DNA of 64,000 nt, taken from assembly GCF_902713615.1 (NCBI RefSeq), contig NC_052150.1, positions 222,673,063 to 222,737,062 on the forward strand. The letters run 5' to 3'. Both the position numbers and the translations under genes were made by a program. The notes under the pieces are model-generated. The model made no database searches. It was not told the DNA's origin and was given only the letters and a program-made list of their open reading frames with translations. This document shows, one piece after another, positions 13,177-25,179 of the stretch; the first letter of the stretch is position 1; every line of letters begins with the position of its first letter. Source of the DNA: Scyliorhinus canicula. Its lineage: Eukaryota.

Positions 13177-13419
13177 CTGAAAATGAACAAAGAAAAGAAA
13201 GATGTCAATTAGAAGAGAAGCCGGTGACTATTAACCACAAAGTTAAAGATTTCACCACCAGGTTATCGTGACAACACACAACACCAGGGGCTAAAACCTG
13301 CAGAACCCTCAGAATGGGTTCATGATGCAAATTGTGCAACTGAGGAATATGGCAACAGGGAACAAGTGCGTTCTGTGGGCATTGAGCAGGCATTGTCAAA
13401 CTCGGAGGTGTTGGGAGGG

Positions 13420-15785
13420 TCATGGAGCCGTCCGTCGCGGCGCTCCCGATTGCGCAAAAGCCGGCTTTTAACTATGTCGGCTGCGAGCGGCCTTCAAAAT
13501 GGCCAGGAACGGATAAAAAAAATTTGGTCGCACTGCGCATGCGCGATCATCGGTGCGCATGCGCAGTGCGGGGGCGTATTTTTAAAAATATAGTCGCAGC
13601 CTTTTTTTCCCCAAGTTCAGGGGGCCAAAGGCACTGGAGTGCTGAGCTTGTGGCATTTGAGTGCTACAGTGAGAGTTTGGTGACTGAGGGAGTATAAGGG
13701 TTCATTTTTATTTAAAGTCTAGTATTTCTTTTATTTAGTTAATTAACTTAAAAGTTGCTGTTTGGTCGATAAGAAGGTGAATTTTGAATCAGCTTTAAAC
13801 AAGGTTCTACTTGGACTTACTTGCAGCTGGAGCTTGTTAATTAGTTAATTGGATTAGGCCAGTTTTCAGAAGCTAGAGTCACAGTATAAATAGGAGCTAG
13901 TTACAGTGCAGACTTTGTTTGCACTGGAGTGCTGAGCTTGTGGCATTTGAGTGCCACAGTGAGAGTTTGGTGACTGAGGGAGTGCTGAGCTTGTGGCATT
14001 TGAGTGCTACAGTGAGAGTTTGGTGACTGAGGGAGTGCTGAGCTTGTGGCATTTGAGTGCTACAGTGAGAGTTTGGTGACTGAGGGAGTGCTGAACTTGT
14101 GGCATTTGAGTGCTACAGTGAGAGTTTGGTGACTGAGGGAGTGCTGAGCTTGTTGCATTTGAGTGCTACAGTGAGAGTTTGGTGACTGAGGGAGTGCTGA
14201 GCTTGTGGCATTTGACTGCTACAGTGAGAGTTTGGTGACTGAGGGAATTAGGTGAGGAGGGAGCAAGGTGCTCCTTACATTTCATTTCCTATATTTATCA
14301 AAGAGCGTGAAGGGAGCCAGGAGTTTAGAGTACAGCTGACTGGAAGTAGAGTCGGAGGGCGGAGGTCCAGTTGGTCCAAGGGGCAGCTAATTCTGTAAAG
14401 TAAGAGGGGATGGAGGCTAGGGCAGTTGCATGCTCCTCCTGTAGGGTGTGGGTGGTGAGGGAAACCACTGGTGTCCCCGCTGACTATACCTGCGGGAAGT
14501 GCATCCAACTCCAGCTCCTCAGAGACCGTGTTAAGGTACTGGAGCTGGATGAACTTCGGATCATCCGGGAGGCAGAGGGGGTCATAGAGAAGAGTTACAG
14601 GGAGGTAGCCACACCAAAGGTACTGGACAAGAGTAGCTGGGTTACAGTCAGGGGAAAGAAAACTAACAGGCAGACAGTGCAGGGATCCCTCGTGGCCGTT
14701 CCCCTTCAAAACAAGTATACCGTTTTGGATGCTGTTGGGGGGGGGATGACCTACCGGGGGAAGGCCCCAGCGGCCAGGTCTCTGGCACTGAGTCTGGCTC
14801 TGGGGCTCAGAAGGGAAGGGGGGAGCATAGAAAAGCAATAGTAATAGGAGATTCAATGGTTAGGGGAATAGACAGGAGACTCTGTGGTCGCGAGCGAGAC
14901 TCCCGAAAGGTATGTTGCCTCCCGGGTGCCAGGGATGTCTCTGATCGCGTCTTCAGGATCCTGAAGGGGGAGGGTGAGCAGCCAGAAGTCGTGGTGCACA
15001 TTGGTACCAACAATGTAGGTAGGAAAAAGGGTGTAGAGGTAATAAACAAGTTTAGGGAGTTAGGCTGGAAGTTAAAGGCCAGGACAGACAGAGTTGTCAT
15101 CTCTGGTTTGTTGCCAGTGCCACGTGATAGCGAGGCTAGGAATAGGGAGAGAGTGCAGTTAAACACGTGGCTGCAGGAATGGTGTAGGAGGGAGGGCTTC
15201 AGGTATTTGGATAATTGGAGCGCATTCTGGGGAAGGTGGGACCTGTACAAGCAGGATGGGTTGCATCTGAACCAGAGGGGCACCAATATCCTGGGGGGGG
15301 GAGGTTTTCTAGTACTCTTCGGGAGGGTTTAAACTAATTTGTCAGGGGAATGGGAACCGGATCTGTAGTCCAGCAACTAAGGTAGACGATAGTCAGGACG
15401 CCAAAGCATGTAGTGATGCAATGGGGAAGGTAACAATGACAAAGGAGAGTACTTGCAGGCAAGGAGATGGGTTGAAGTGTGTATACTTTAATGCAAGAAG
15501 CATCAGGGTGAACTTAAGGCATGGATCTGTACTTGGTACTATGATGTGGTGGCCATCACGGAAACTTGGATAGAAGAGGGGCAGAAATGGTTGTTGGTTA
15601 AATTTAAGATAAATGGTGGAAGATATAGAGGGGATGTCAGAGGTAGGTTCTTTACCCAGAGAGTAGTGGGGGGATGGAATGCACTGCCTGTGGTAGTAGT
15701 TGAGTCGGAAAAGTTAGGGACCTTCAAGCGGCTATTGGATAGGTACTTGGATTAGGGTAGAATAATGGAGTGTAGGTTAACTTCT
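13420..15785 (+). mobile_element. Internally deleted CR1: CpG 5'UTR, ORF1 zinc finger (14410) plus SGNH esterase (~14840-15330), EN start fused to the 3' end
   Basis: CSSC..CGKC, IGDSMVRG, VHIGTNN, DGLHLN. VYFNARSI...ITETW jumps at ~15597 to FFTQRVVGGWNALP. Confidence 0.88.
13927..14244 (+). repeat. 53-bp tandem repeat x6 in the CR1 5'UTR (solo copy at ~13637)
   Basis: Unit GAGTGCTGAGCTTGTGGCATTTGAGTGCTACAGTGAGAGTTTGGTGACTGAGG. Confidence 0.95.
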
Positions 15786-15788
15786 TAA

Positions 15789-16065
15789 GGGCAGCACGGT
15801 AGCATTGTGGATAGCACAATTGCTTCACAGCTCCAGGGTCCCAAGTTCGATTTCGACTTGGGTCACTGTCTGTGTGGAGTCTGCACATCCTCCCCGTGAC
15901 TGCATGGGTTTCCTCCGGGTGCTCCGGTTTCCTCCCACAGTCCAAAGATGTGCAGGTTGGGTGGATTGGCCATGAAAAATTGTCCAAAATTCTATGATTA
16001 ACCTAGGACAAAAGTTCGGCGCAACATCGTGGGCCGAACGGCCTGTTCTGTGCTGTATTTCTCTA
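15789..16065 (+). mobile_element. HE1/V-SINE
   Basis: tRNA head plus V-domain. Confidence 0.85.
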
Positions 16066-16702
16066 TAATCTATAAAAACCATTTCCTCCATTTTTGTCAG
16101 CAACAAACAACACAAGAGAAAATGGTGGGTCGCGTGGGTCGGCCGGCTGGTAAAAATGAGCCCCCGGAAAAAAAGTTTGAAAAGCACTGGCATAAAGGAG
16201 CATGTCAGAGGACAAGACATAACCGGATACACCTCCCAACAGGATTGGCAGTGCAGCGTGATCGCAGGTATAACTCATGCTGATCAGCTCTGGCCCCGAG
16301 ACAACTCCTGGAGACATCCACACTTCCCCCAGAGGGATAGGGATCGGAGCTGGAACATTTGTGACATCACTGGCAACGCTGCATGAATTCCCCATCTCTG
16401 GTGTCCTCAGCATGGTGGTGTTGGTGAGCCGCTTTCTTGAACCACTGCAGCCCGTGTAACAAAGGCCCGCTCGCAGTGTTATAATGCAGAGAAATCAGGA
16501 ACTTAACCCAGGAATGATGACGGAATGGATGATTTATGGCGAGGTCGGGTTAATGTGCGAGGGAGGGGATGGTGTTACTACTCATTTCCTGATTTTGCAT
16601 TTCTAACCGGCCAAGGTGGTGTATTCCAAATAAACCCAGCCCCAGTAATGCTGAGCTCCACCATCCAACCCCTGATTGCCAGCTTTACTGTTCAATACTC
16701 AC

Positions 16703-16897
16703 GTAATCCTCAAACTTGGTGATTTCTTCCTCCAGCAGGTCTGTGCCAACCTTATCATCTTCCACCACACACTGGATCTGGAGTTTCCTGATCCCGTACC
16801 CGACCGGTACCAGCTTGGAGCCTCCCCACACCAAGCCGTCCAGCTGTACTGTGCGCACGCTCTCCTCCAGCTCCACCATGTCTGTCTCGTCGTCCCA
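16703..16897 (-). CDS. EEF1D: EEF1D GEF-domain exon [25 protein letters not shown]...KFEDY
   Basis: CCGCAG|TGG...TAC|GTGAGT; 195 nt; EF1 guanine-nucleotide exchange domain. Confidence 0.98.
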
Positions 16898-18187
16898 CTG
16901 CGGAGAACAGGCACTCATCTCAGCATAGTCGCAGTCAACCCCGCTTTCCACAGCCAGCTCGGACTGGCCAAAACCTATGCCCCGTCCACTCAATGAAACA
17001 CGGAAAATAGAAGCAGGAGGCCATTCTGCCCTTCGAGCCTGCTCCACCATTCAGTATGATCACCCAACTCAACTGAAGTGTCTACATCACAGTCACCTGT
17101 CAGAGCTCCTCAGTATAACTGGTCTGCTCCCCCCCCCCACCCACCTAGGGAGTTACCTGTCCGTTTTGTCAGTGCAAACTGCTTTGAATGAATCTCGATC
17201 TGCCGAGAAAAACTAAACCTCAACAGTCGGAAAAGATGCAATTTCCTGGTGGGGCTGCAAACGCGAAGTTACACTCGTTGGTGCCCCCAAATTTCCCGCC
17301 CATTCCATGAATGTACACCACAATTCAGAGTAAACTATCAGGGTACAGGGACAGTGCTGGGTTTGAACCACATAATCGCTCCTTTAATAAATTTCAAAGC
17401 ATCTACGCCCAGACGCAGCATCGTGGACCATGCAACCGGGGAAGCTTCAAAGCTTCAAAAATAGCGGCCTGGAAAAATGCCTTCAAAGCAACTGAGCAGG
17501 TCGCAGCAAGGATTAATAAAAACTAAAAAAAAAAATTTAAAAATCTTAGCACTAAAAATCAGGAAATGACTGTTTCTGGCTGCTGTTGGTTTAGTTACAC
17601 GGGGCTAAATCGCTGGCTGTTAAAGCAGACCAAGGCAGGCCAGCAGCACGGTTCGATTCCTGTAACAGCCTCCCCGAACAGGCGCTGGAATGTGGCGACT
17701 AGGGGCTTTTCACAGTAACTTCATTGAAGCCTACTCGCGACAATAAGCGATTTTCATTCATTAATTTCTGGAATTATATGTTTTAGCGAGCCAACTTGCT
17801 TAAAACACCATGTGTATAACTCTGTATTCAGGGAAGCCGGGGGGGGGGGGCTGGGGCAGAGATCCAATCAACGACAAAATTTGGGTGCGGCGTCATGGGT
17901 TTCTGCTCTCATTTACATTTGTAGTTGACTCATGTCCCGATTACACACATCTCTGGGCAACAAAAACATGGACGTGAAAGCCTTAAACGGTATGTTGCAA
18001 TGTACTGCTCAAGATGGAACAGAAACAAATACAGAATCATCTGAAGTGTTCTCCTCAGCCTTCTCCAGGATGTGCAAAGCATGTCACTGCCCAATACCCA
18101 CTGTTCTTATCATCATACATAACGCTAACCTGTCACACAAGCAATTACATTCATAGCGGGTGGGAGAGGAGAAATGTACAGGACCTT

Positions 18188-18520
18188 AGAATCATAGAAT
18201 TTACAGTGCAGGAGGCGGCCATTTGGCCCATCGAGTCTGCACCGGCCCTTGGAAAGAGCACCCTACCCAAGCCCACACCTCCACCCTATTCCCGTCACCC
18301 CAGCTAACCGTTTGGACACTAGGGGACAATTTAGCATGGCCAATCCACCTAACCTGCACATTCTTGGACTTGTGGGAGGAAACCGGAGCACCCGGAGGAA
18401 ACCCACGCAGTCACGGGGAGAACGTGCAGGCTCTGCACAGATAGCGGCCCAAGTCACAAATCGAACCTGGGACCCTGGAGCTGTGAAGCAACTGTGATAA
18501 CCACTGTGCTACCGTGCTGC
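18188..18520 (-). mobile_element. HE1/V-SINE, full length
   Basis: tRNA head, V-domain and CR1-like (ATTCTATG) tail. Confidence 0.85.
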
Positions 18521-19069
18521 ACTTGCTGTATGCACCTTCTTTGCAAAATTGTTTCACTTCTTCAACTGTTGAATGCACAGAACCTTGCTGTGTAGCAGGC
18601 GGCATGCCAACTTCCCAAGAGCTTTACCCAATTAGTCCTGTTCTCCTGCACTTTGCTCCTGGGTGTGTGTTTGCCCAGTTCTGGTTTGAACATTATTATT
18701 CAAACACCACTATCCTTTCATTCAGTGCATTCCAGAACACAACAAACACTGCAAAAAAAAATACATTCTCATCCATCCTCTGAATACTGATACCCTCCTG
18801 CCTCTGTAGAAAACAGCCCCTTTTCATTTACTTCATTTTGTTTTTTAAGCATTTATTCAGTCATGGAGTATTGCTGCAAAAAAATGAGACATGGCCTGTC
18901 ACATTGTTTGGCCTTTGATTCATCAGAATAGCTCAGTCGAAATTCCCAAACTGTAACGGGGAAAACGATTGACACTGCATGAAAAGAGAATGCTTATTGT
19001 TGGCAAGCTTCACCATGAGGAGAGAAATGTTTAACAGAAATGTTAACCATTTCCAATCATGGTGAACAT

Positions 19070-19676
19070 AGCCACCAGGAGGAGGCCATTTGGCCCTTCA
19101 AGCCCGCTCCGCCATTATCATGGCCGATCCAACTCAATAGCCTAGTCCCACTTTCCCCGAATATCGTTTGATCCTCTTCGCTCCAAGTGCGATATCTAAC
19201 TGCTTCTTGAAAAGATAAGTGTTTTGGCCTCAACTACTTCCTGTGGTAACAAATTCAACATGCTCTCTGGGCGGTGAAATCGCTCCCAATTTCTGTCCTA
19301 AATGGTCTACTTCGCATCTTTAGGCCGTGACTCCTGGTTCTGGGCACCCACATCACCAGGAACATCCTTCCTGTATCTACCCTGTCCAGTCCTGTCAGGA
19401 TTTTCTAGGTTTCTATGAGATTCCCCCCATATTCTTCTGAACTCTTGCGAATACAATCCTAACCAATTCTATCTTTCCTCTTATGTCAGTCCCGCCATCC
19501 CAGGAATCTTCACTGCACTCTCCCTGTAGCAAGAACATCCTTCCTCAGATAAGGAAACCAAAACTGCACATAATATTCCAGGTGTGGCCTCACCAAGGCC
19601 CTGTATAATTGCAGCAAGACACCACTGCTCCTGTACTCGAATCCTCTTGTAATGAAGGGCAGCATACCATTAGCCG

Positions 19677-19736
<60 letters not shown>

Positions 19737-21135
19737 CCATCATTTTGTAATTTTTATTCCTTGCTAATAGTACAGTAATCTGAAAACAATATACAGACGC
19801 AAAATCACAGATGCAGCCCAAACCTTCGCTGCCAGGCTTGGGGGAAGTGTGCCTTACACTGGAACACGAGGGCCTTACACTGGAACACAAACTTTAAAAA
19901 AAAAACAACGCAGGGCTCTGCCTGGGAAATGACGGGAGGCGAGGGTGGCTGCTGTCGCCTGGGCCACATGTGTAAAGAAGATCACATGCTATCACCGTGC
20001 CACTACAAGGCAAGGAGGAGTTACGCAATGAAATCCAGAGGTCTGTTAAATCCACCTTTTCTGTTCATGTATTGCCGATATTTCCTTTTCTGTTGCACAT
20101 TAACAGCGTAAGCATTGACAGAGCCGTCCAGTTTCTTGCCCTTCGTTGTGTCAAATGCATCAAATCCCATCACCTTCAACAGTTCGATTTCTTCCTCCGT
20201 CTTCCCCTCCATGTCGGCCTCTGAGATCTCGTGTTCTTTCTCCTGATCTTTCGGTCTCGAAGGCGATATTGAATTTGACTTGTTTCGGCGTGGGGACCTT
20301 GACCGTCTTCGGTGAGGAGACCTGGAGCGGCTCCTCCGGCGTTCCCGGTCTCGCTCACGTGACCTGGAGCGCTCGCGCCGCCTGGCTCTCTCCCGCTCCC
20401 TGGATGTCGACCTCGAGCGGCGACGCTCTCTGCGGGGTGAGCGGCTCCTGCTCCGACCCATCGTTCGGAGCCTGAAGCACCAACACCTCCGGAAGCTTCC
20501 AGAAACTCCCACAATCCAATCCGCGGCTGCAGCTCGGCGGCTCCCCCTGGCGGCCGGAGGCAACACTGCCGCCCCGTCCCCTGCCGGCCGGAGGCCTGAC
20601 TGCAGCCCCGCCCCCTGCCGGCCGGAGGCAACACTGCAGCCCCGCCCCCCGCCGGCCGGAGGCCAGACCGCTGGACAGGCCCCGCCCCCTGGAACCGGCC
20701 GACACCCGGGAGAGGTCCGGGCCCCGCGCCCTGCCACCATTAGCCGTCTTTAACGCCTGCTGTACCTGCATGCTTACTTTCAGAGACGGATGCACGCGGA
20801 CACAAAGATCTCGCTGAGCATCCATATCTTTCAATTTACATCCATTCAAATAATAATCGGCCTTCCTATTTTTGCAACCAAAGTGGATAACCTTGCATTT
20901 CTCCAAATTATACTGCATCTGCCATTCATTTGCCCACTCGCTCAACTTGTCCAAATCACACTGAAGGATCTTTGCATCCTCCTCACAGCTCACCCTCCCA
21001 CCCAACTTGGGGTCATCGGCAAATTTGGAGATATTACATTTTGTTTCCTCTTCTAAATCATTAATCTATATTGTGAATAGCTGGGAACCCAGCTCCGCAG
21101 TGGTACCCCACTAGTCACTGCCTGCCAATTTGAAA
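19070..21135 (-). mobile_element. CR1 LINE 3' fragment interrupted by the SNRNP27 retrocopy
   Basis: RT C-terminal peptides LQCDLDKLSEWANEWQMQYN and LYRALVRPHLEYYVQFW are colinear across the insertion. Confidence 0.9.
19682..20735 (-). pseudogene. SNRNP27: Processed retrocopy of SNRNP27 (U4/U6.U5 27K) with intact 146-aa ORF at 20021-20461
   Basis: Intronless [18 protein letters not shown]...[21 protein letters not shown]; AATAAA at 19753-19758; poly(A) 19679-19736; 16-bp TSD at 19666-19681 and 20736-20751. Confidence 0.95.
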
Positions 21136-21347
21136 AAAACTCTTTAATTCCTACTCTTTATAGGTCCTGTTTCTTTAGACACATGCTGAGTGTTTTCAGC
21201 ATTTACTGTGTTTTTCCCAGTTTCCAGCATCCACAGTATTAGCTATTACTTGCTGGTGGCGGGCATTACACAGACTTGAGAACGTACCTTGAGAAAAACC
21301 TTGGAAAAATCAGATTGAACAGAATTCCTGTCACCAAATACCCGACT

Positions 21348-21660
21348 CCAATCACTGCCCAGTGAACAATCCCCCTCCATCCCAATCACTGCCCAGTGAA
21401 CAATCCCCCTCCATCCCAATCACTGCCCAGTGACCAATCCCCCTCCATCCCAATCACTGCCCAGTGACCAATCCCCCTCCATCCCAATCACTGTCCAGTG
21501 AACAATCCCCCTCCATCCCAATCACTGCCCAGTGAACAATCCCCCTCCATCCCAATCACTGCCCAGTGACCAATCCCCCTCCATCCCAATCACTGCCCAG
21601 TGAACAATCCCCCTCCATCCCAATCACTGCCCAGTGAATAAACCGCTTCACTCCAATCAC
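21348..21660. repeat. 34-bp minisatellite, ~9 copies
   Basis: Unit CCAATCACTGCCCAGTGAACAATCCCCCTCCATC. Confidence 0.95.
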
Positions 21661-21711
21661 CGTGGGTAGTGGTGGAGTTTGGTGTGGTTGGGTAAAGGGG
21701 GAATGGCTTAC

Positions 21712-21900
21712 TGGTTTCACGTCCAGAAGAATAGAGGACTTGGCGATGAGGGCTGGTTTCTTGGATTTCTTTGCTGCGTATTCACGTAACCGTTCCTCGC
21801 GAATCCTCTCCTTCTCTGCACTCTCTTCTTCATCACTGCTTCCAAATAGATCAATGTCATCGTCTTCATCCTCCGCTGCCTCAGGCTGCTTTGTGCTGGG
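21712..21900 (-). CDS. EEF1D: EEF1D exon with acidic/CK2 region PSTKQ...[14 protein letters not shown]...[10 protein letters not shown]
   Basis: ACAAAG|CCC...CCA|GTAAGC; 189 nt; EF-1beta acidic motif. Confidence 0.97.
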
Positions 21901-22379
21901 CTTTGTATAAAAGGAAGAGCAACACGTTTACAGGAGAAAATCTCATGGAGAAAAGGACAGTGTGAATGAAACTACCGTCACACCCCTTTCAACACTCATA
22001 CACCACCAGTAAACAGGCAGCTCAGAGCCTTTGAGACAGAAAGTGCACCCATTACTGGTCAACAGTTACCCTTCCATCAACCCAAGCAGAACACATTCAC
22101 CCATTTACAGAAGTGGAGGCTGCATGGCTGCCGAAGGGCCTATTCCTGCACCTATTTTCTATGTTTCCATGTTCTGCCTCCCACTCTCATTGACCGGTTC
22201 CCTCTGCGAAATTGCCCCCATTTAATGAGGCCCTCTCTTAATTCAACCATAAGCCCTGCAGAATTCTGGAATCTGGTCCTACCGGGGCAAACGAGGCTTT
22301 GGGGAAGTGAGGCAGAATTTGTCCCAGTTCTCCCAATACTTCTGCATGCAAGCTCACCACGTGAAGTTAAAAAAAAATT

Positions 22380-22612
22380 TTTTTTAAAAAAGATTTAGAT
22401 ACCCAATTCATTTTTTCCCAATTAAGGGGCAATTTTTTTTTAGCGTGGCCAATCCACCTACCCTGCATATCTTTGGGTTGTGGGGACAAAACCCACGCAG
22501 ACACGGGGGGAATGTGCAAACTCCACACGGATAGTGATCCAGAGCCGGGATCGAACCTGGGACCTCAGTGCCGTGAGGCAGCAGTGCTAACCACTGCCCC
22601 GCCGTGCTGCCC
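22380..22612 (-). mobile_element. Short V-SINE subfamily (also at ~8325, 8980, 31925, 33600, 52890 and 60189+)
   Basis: Ends TAAATTGCCCCTTAATTGGAAAAAA...TCTAAATTT. Confidence 0.85.
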
Positions 22613-22803
22613 CACCACATTAACTTTATCCAATGGCATGCACTTTAGACAAGCACAGGGTCAGTCTCATTTGCTACCCTCTCATGGAGGAATAACAAAC
22701 ATGCTGTCGTGCTGAGGTACTGGAGGATGCCTATCAATCCACTGTTCTGCACAGGATCAATCCCAGGAAAAGGAGGTCGGGGTAAATGATAATGGGATCT
22801 TAC

Positions 22804-22916
22804 CTTGTTATCTGGGGCTGGGGGGCAGACTACAGGCTTGGGGCTGGTCGAGGATTTCTCTAACGTCGACAGGCGAGTCTCCAGCTTTGACAGTGCCAAC
22901 CGCAGGTCCTCCACCA
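22804..22916 (-). CDS. EEF1D: EEF1D exon VVEDLRLALSKLETRLSTLEKSSTSPKPVVCPPAPDNK (leucine zipper, second half)
   Basis: TTGTTAG|TG...AAG|GTAAGA; 113 nt completes the phase. Confidence 0.95.
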
Positions 22917-23979
22917 CTAACAAGGAGTAAAAAGGAGTAGCATGAAAGTACAACCCACACACACACCAGAGTATTGTATTATGGACACAGCAGTGGAGGC
23001 CAAGTATAAAACAAACTTGATTCTCTCGGCCGAGGGCCACGAAGTGGATGCCTGTCAGGCGGTGACTGCAGTTAGTAGACAGGGACATGGGTGAGGACTC
23101 AAGACAGTTAGTAAAAGCAATAACAATGAAGGTACATTTGGTTATACTGAATAAGAAATGTAATAAGTAGAACCAAGGTTAAAGTGGAGGTTGTTGCTGG
23201 ATTTCGGAGCTTTATATATTCAGTTTTCCAATGTCCTTCGCAGCGAGTACATTTACAAAGCAGGGAGCCAGGATACAATCTTCTGAGTGTTTCAATAAAA
23301 CAACGATTGCCATAGAACCATAGCTAAGAGGTGTTAATATTATTGCAGAGAATGGAAAGGGCGGGCACAGAGCAACTCTTCCTTTGAATCTGCACATAAC
23401 AAAACAGGTTGAAGGTGGCCCGACAGATTATGAAAGGTTCTGATGGGGTGGACAGATGAAACAGTCATTTGCGTCATGGCTGTGAATATAAAGTAGTCAC
23501 TTTTAAACCCAAAGGGGAATTCAGGAGAAATTTACTTACCCAGAGATTGGCGAGTATGTGGAACTTGCTAAGGCAAATAGTGTGGACGCAGTGAAGGGAA
23601 AACTAAGCAAGCATTAGGAGAGAAAGGAATAGGAGGATATATATTGATGGAGTGAAATGAAGAGGTGATTAAGTGAAGCCGAAACACAGGATTGAACCAG
23701 TTGGGTCGAATGGCCTGTTTCTGTGCTGTAAATGTGGCCCTCTGAAGATTGGCATGATGCCCCCCCCCACGGACAGGAGGGGCCAGGAGGTGAGTTACTC
23801 GCTGTCGGATTCTTAGCCTTTGACCTCTGTTGATTTATCCCATTTTTGTTTTTGCAGGGTGGACAAACACTGTGATCATCATCGTAATGTTTTTTCTTCT
23901 TTCGTTGTGTGGCTCGTAGCAACACATATGGAAGTTAATGTTTCAACAATGGAGCTTAATGCTCACTTGTTTCACAATC

Positions 23980-25165
23980 TAAGCCAGACATTTGATTACT
24001 AGTCCAGTTCAGTTTCTGATCAATGGTTACCCCCAGGAAGTTGATTGTGGGGGATTCAACGATGGCAATGCCATTGAATTGTCAAGGGGCGATGGCTAGA
24101 TCCTCTATTGTAGGAGATGGTCATTGATTGCCAATTGTGTGGCGCGAATGTAACTTGCCACTTAAGCCTGGATATTGTCCAGGTTTTGCTGCATTTGATC
24201 ACACTGGACGGGATTCTCCGTGAACCAGCGCGATGGCCCAAACCTCGAGCCAAAAAGGTCGCGAATTCTCTGGCCGGGAATGGGCTAGTAGTGGTGTGAC
24301 GCCCGTCACGGGCGGGCGTGCCATCAGTAACGCTGCGTGGCATCACTGCACAACAGGCGCCCCCCCCCCCCCCCCTCCAGAGAACCGGCAAAATGGCCTC
24401 CCGCCGCACAGCGCCAAGTGAGACCCCCCCCACTGCCTGCCCCATATCCCCCCTCCCCCATATCCCCCCATGCCCCATATTCCCCCTCCAGAGTATATTC
24501 TGCGCCCTTGCCACCCTCAGTGCTTCCTCCAAGTGGTGTTCAACATAGAGGAGTACGGATTCATCAGCTGATGTCGACAGTATGTGGTAATCAGCAAGAA
24601 GTTTCCTTGCCAACGTTTACCCTGAAGCCATGAGACTTCATGGGGTCCAGAGTCGATGTTGAGGACTCCCAGGGCAACAACTCTCTCCCGACTGTATACC
24701 ACTGTGTCGCCACCTCTGTCTGTCCTGCCGGTGAGACAGGGCCCAGGAATGGTGATAGTGGTGTCTAGGATATTGTCTGTGAGGTATGATTCTGTGAGTG
24801 TGACTATGTCAGGCTGCTGCTTGACTGGCCAGTGAGACAGCTCTCCCAGCTTTGGCACAAGGCCCCTGTTCGTAAGGAGGACTTTGCAGAGTTGACAGGT
24901 CTGGGTTCGCAGTTGTCGTTTCCTGTGCCTAGGTCGATGCCGGGCGGTCCGTTCAGTTTCATTCCTTTTTCTAATCGTTGAATACAACTGAGTGGCTGGC
25001 TGGGCCATTTCGGAGGGCATTTTAGAGTCAACCACATTGCTGAGGGTCTGGAGTCAGATGTAGGTCAGACCAGGTAAGGATGGCAGATTTACTAAAGGAC
25101 ATTAATGTACCCAATGGGCTTTTACAACAATCAACAATGGTTTCATAGTCATCAGATTTTACTAA
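23980..25165 (-). mobile_element. CR1/L2-group LINE fragments (RT and EN) joined by a GC-rich MITE-like piece (~24205-24500)
   Basis: QQPDIVTLTESYL; KWQVTFAPH; the insert starts GGACGGGATTCTCCG, like the TIR at 60839. Confidence 0.7.
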
Positions 25166-25179
25166 TTGAATTTAAATTG

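Noticed and set aside
13927-14244. CRISPR-like array (also 21348-21660)
   Set aside because: Head-to-tail repeats with no unique spacers, no cas genes, vertebrate context.
19510-19890. Poly-lysine ORF
   Set aside because: Retrocopy poly(A) read into CR1 sequence.
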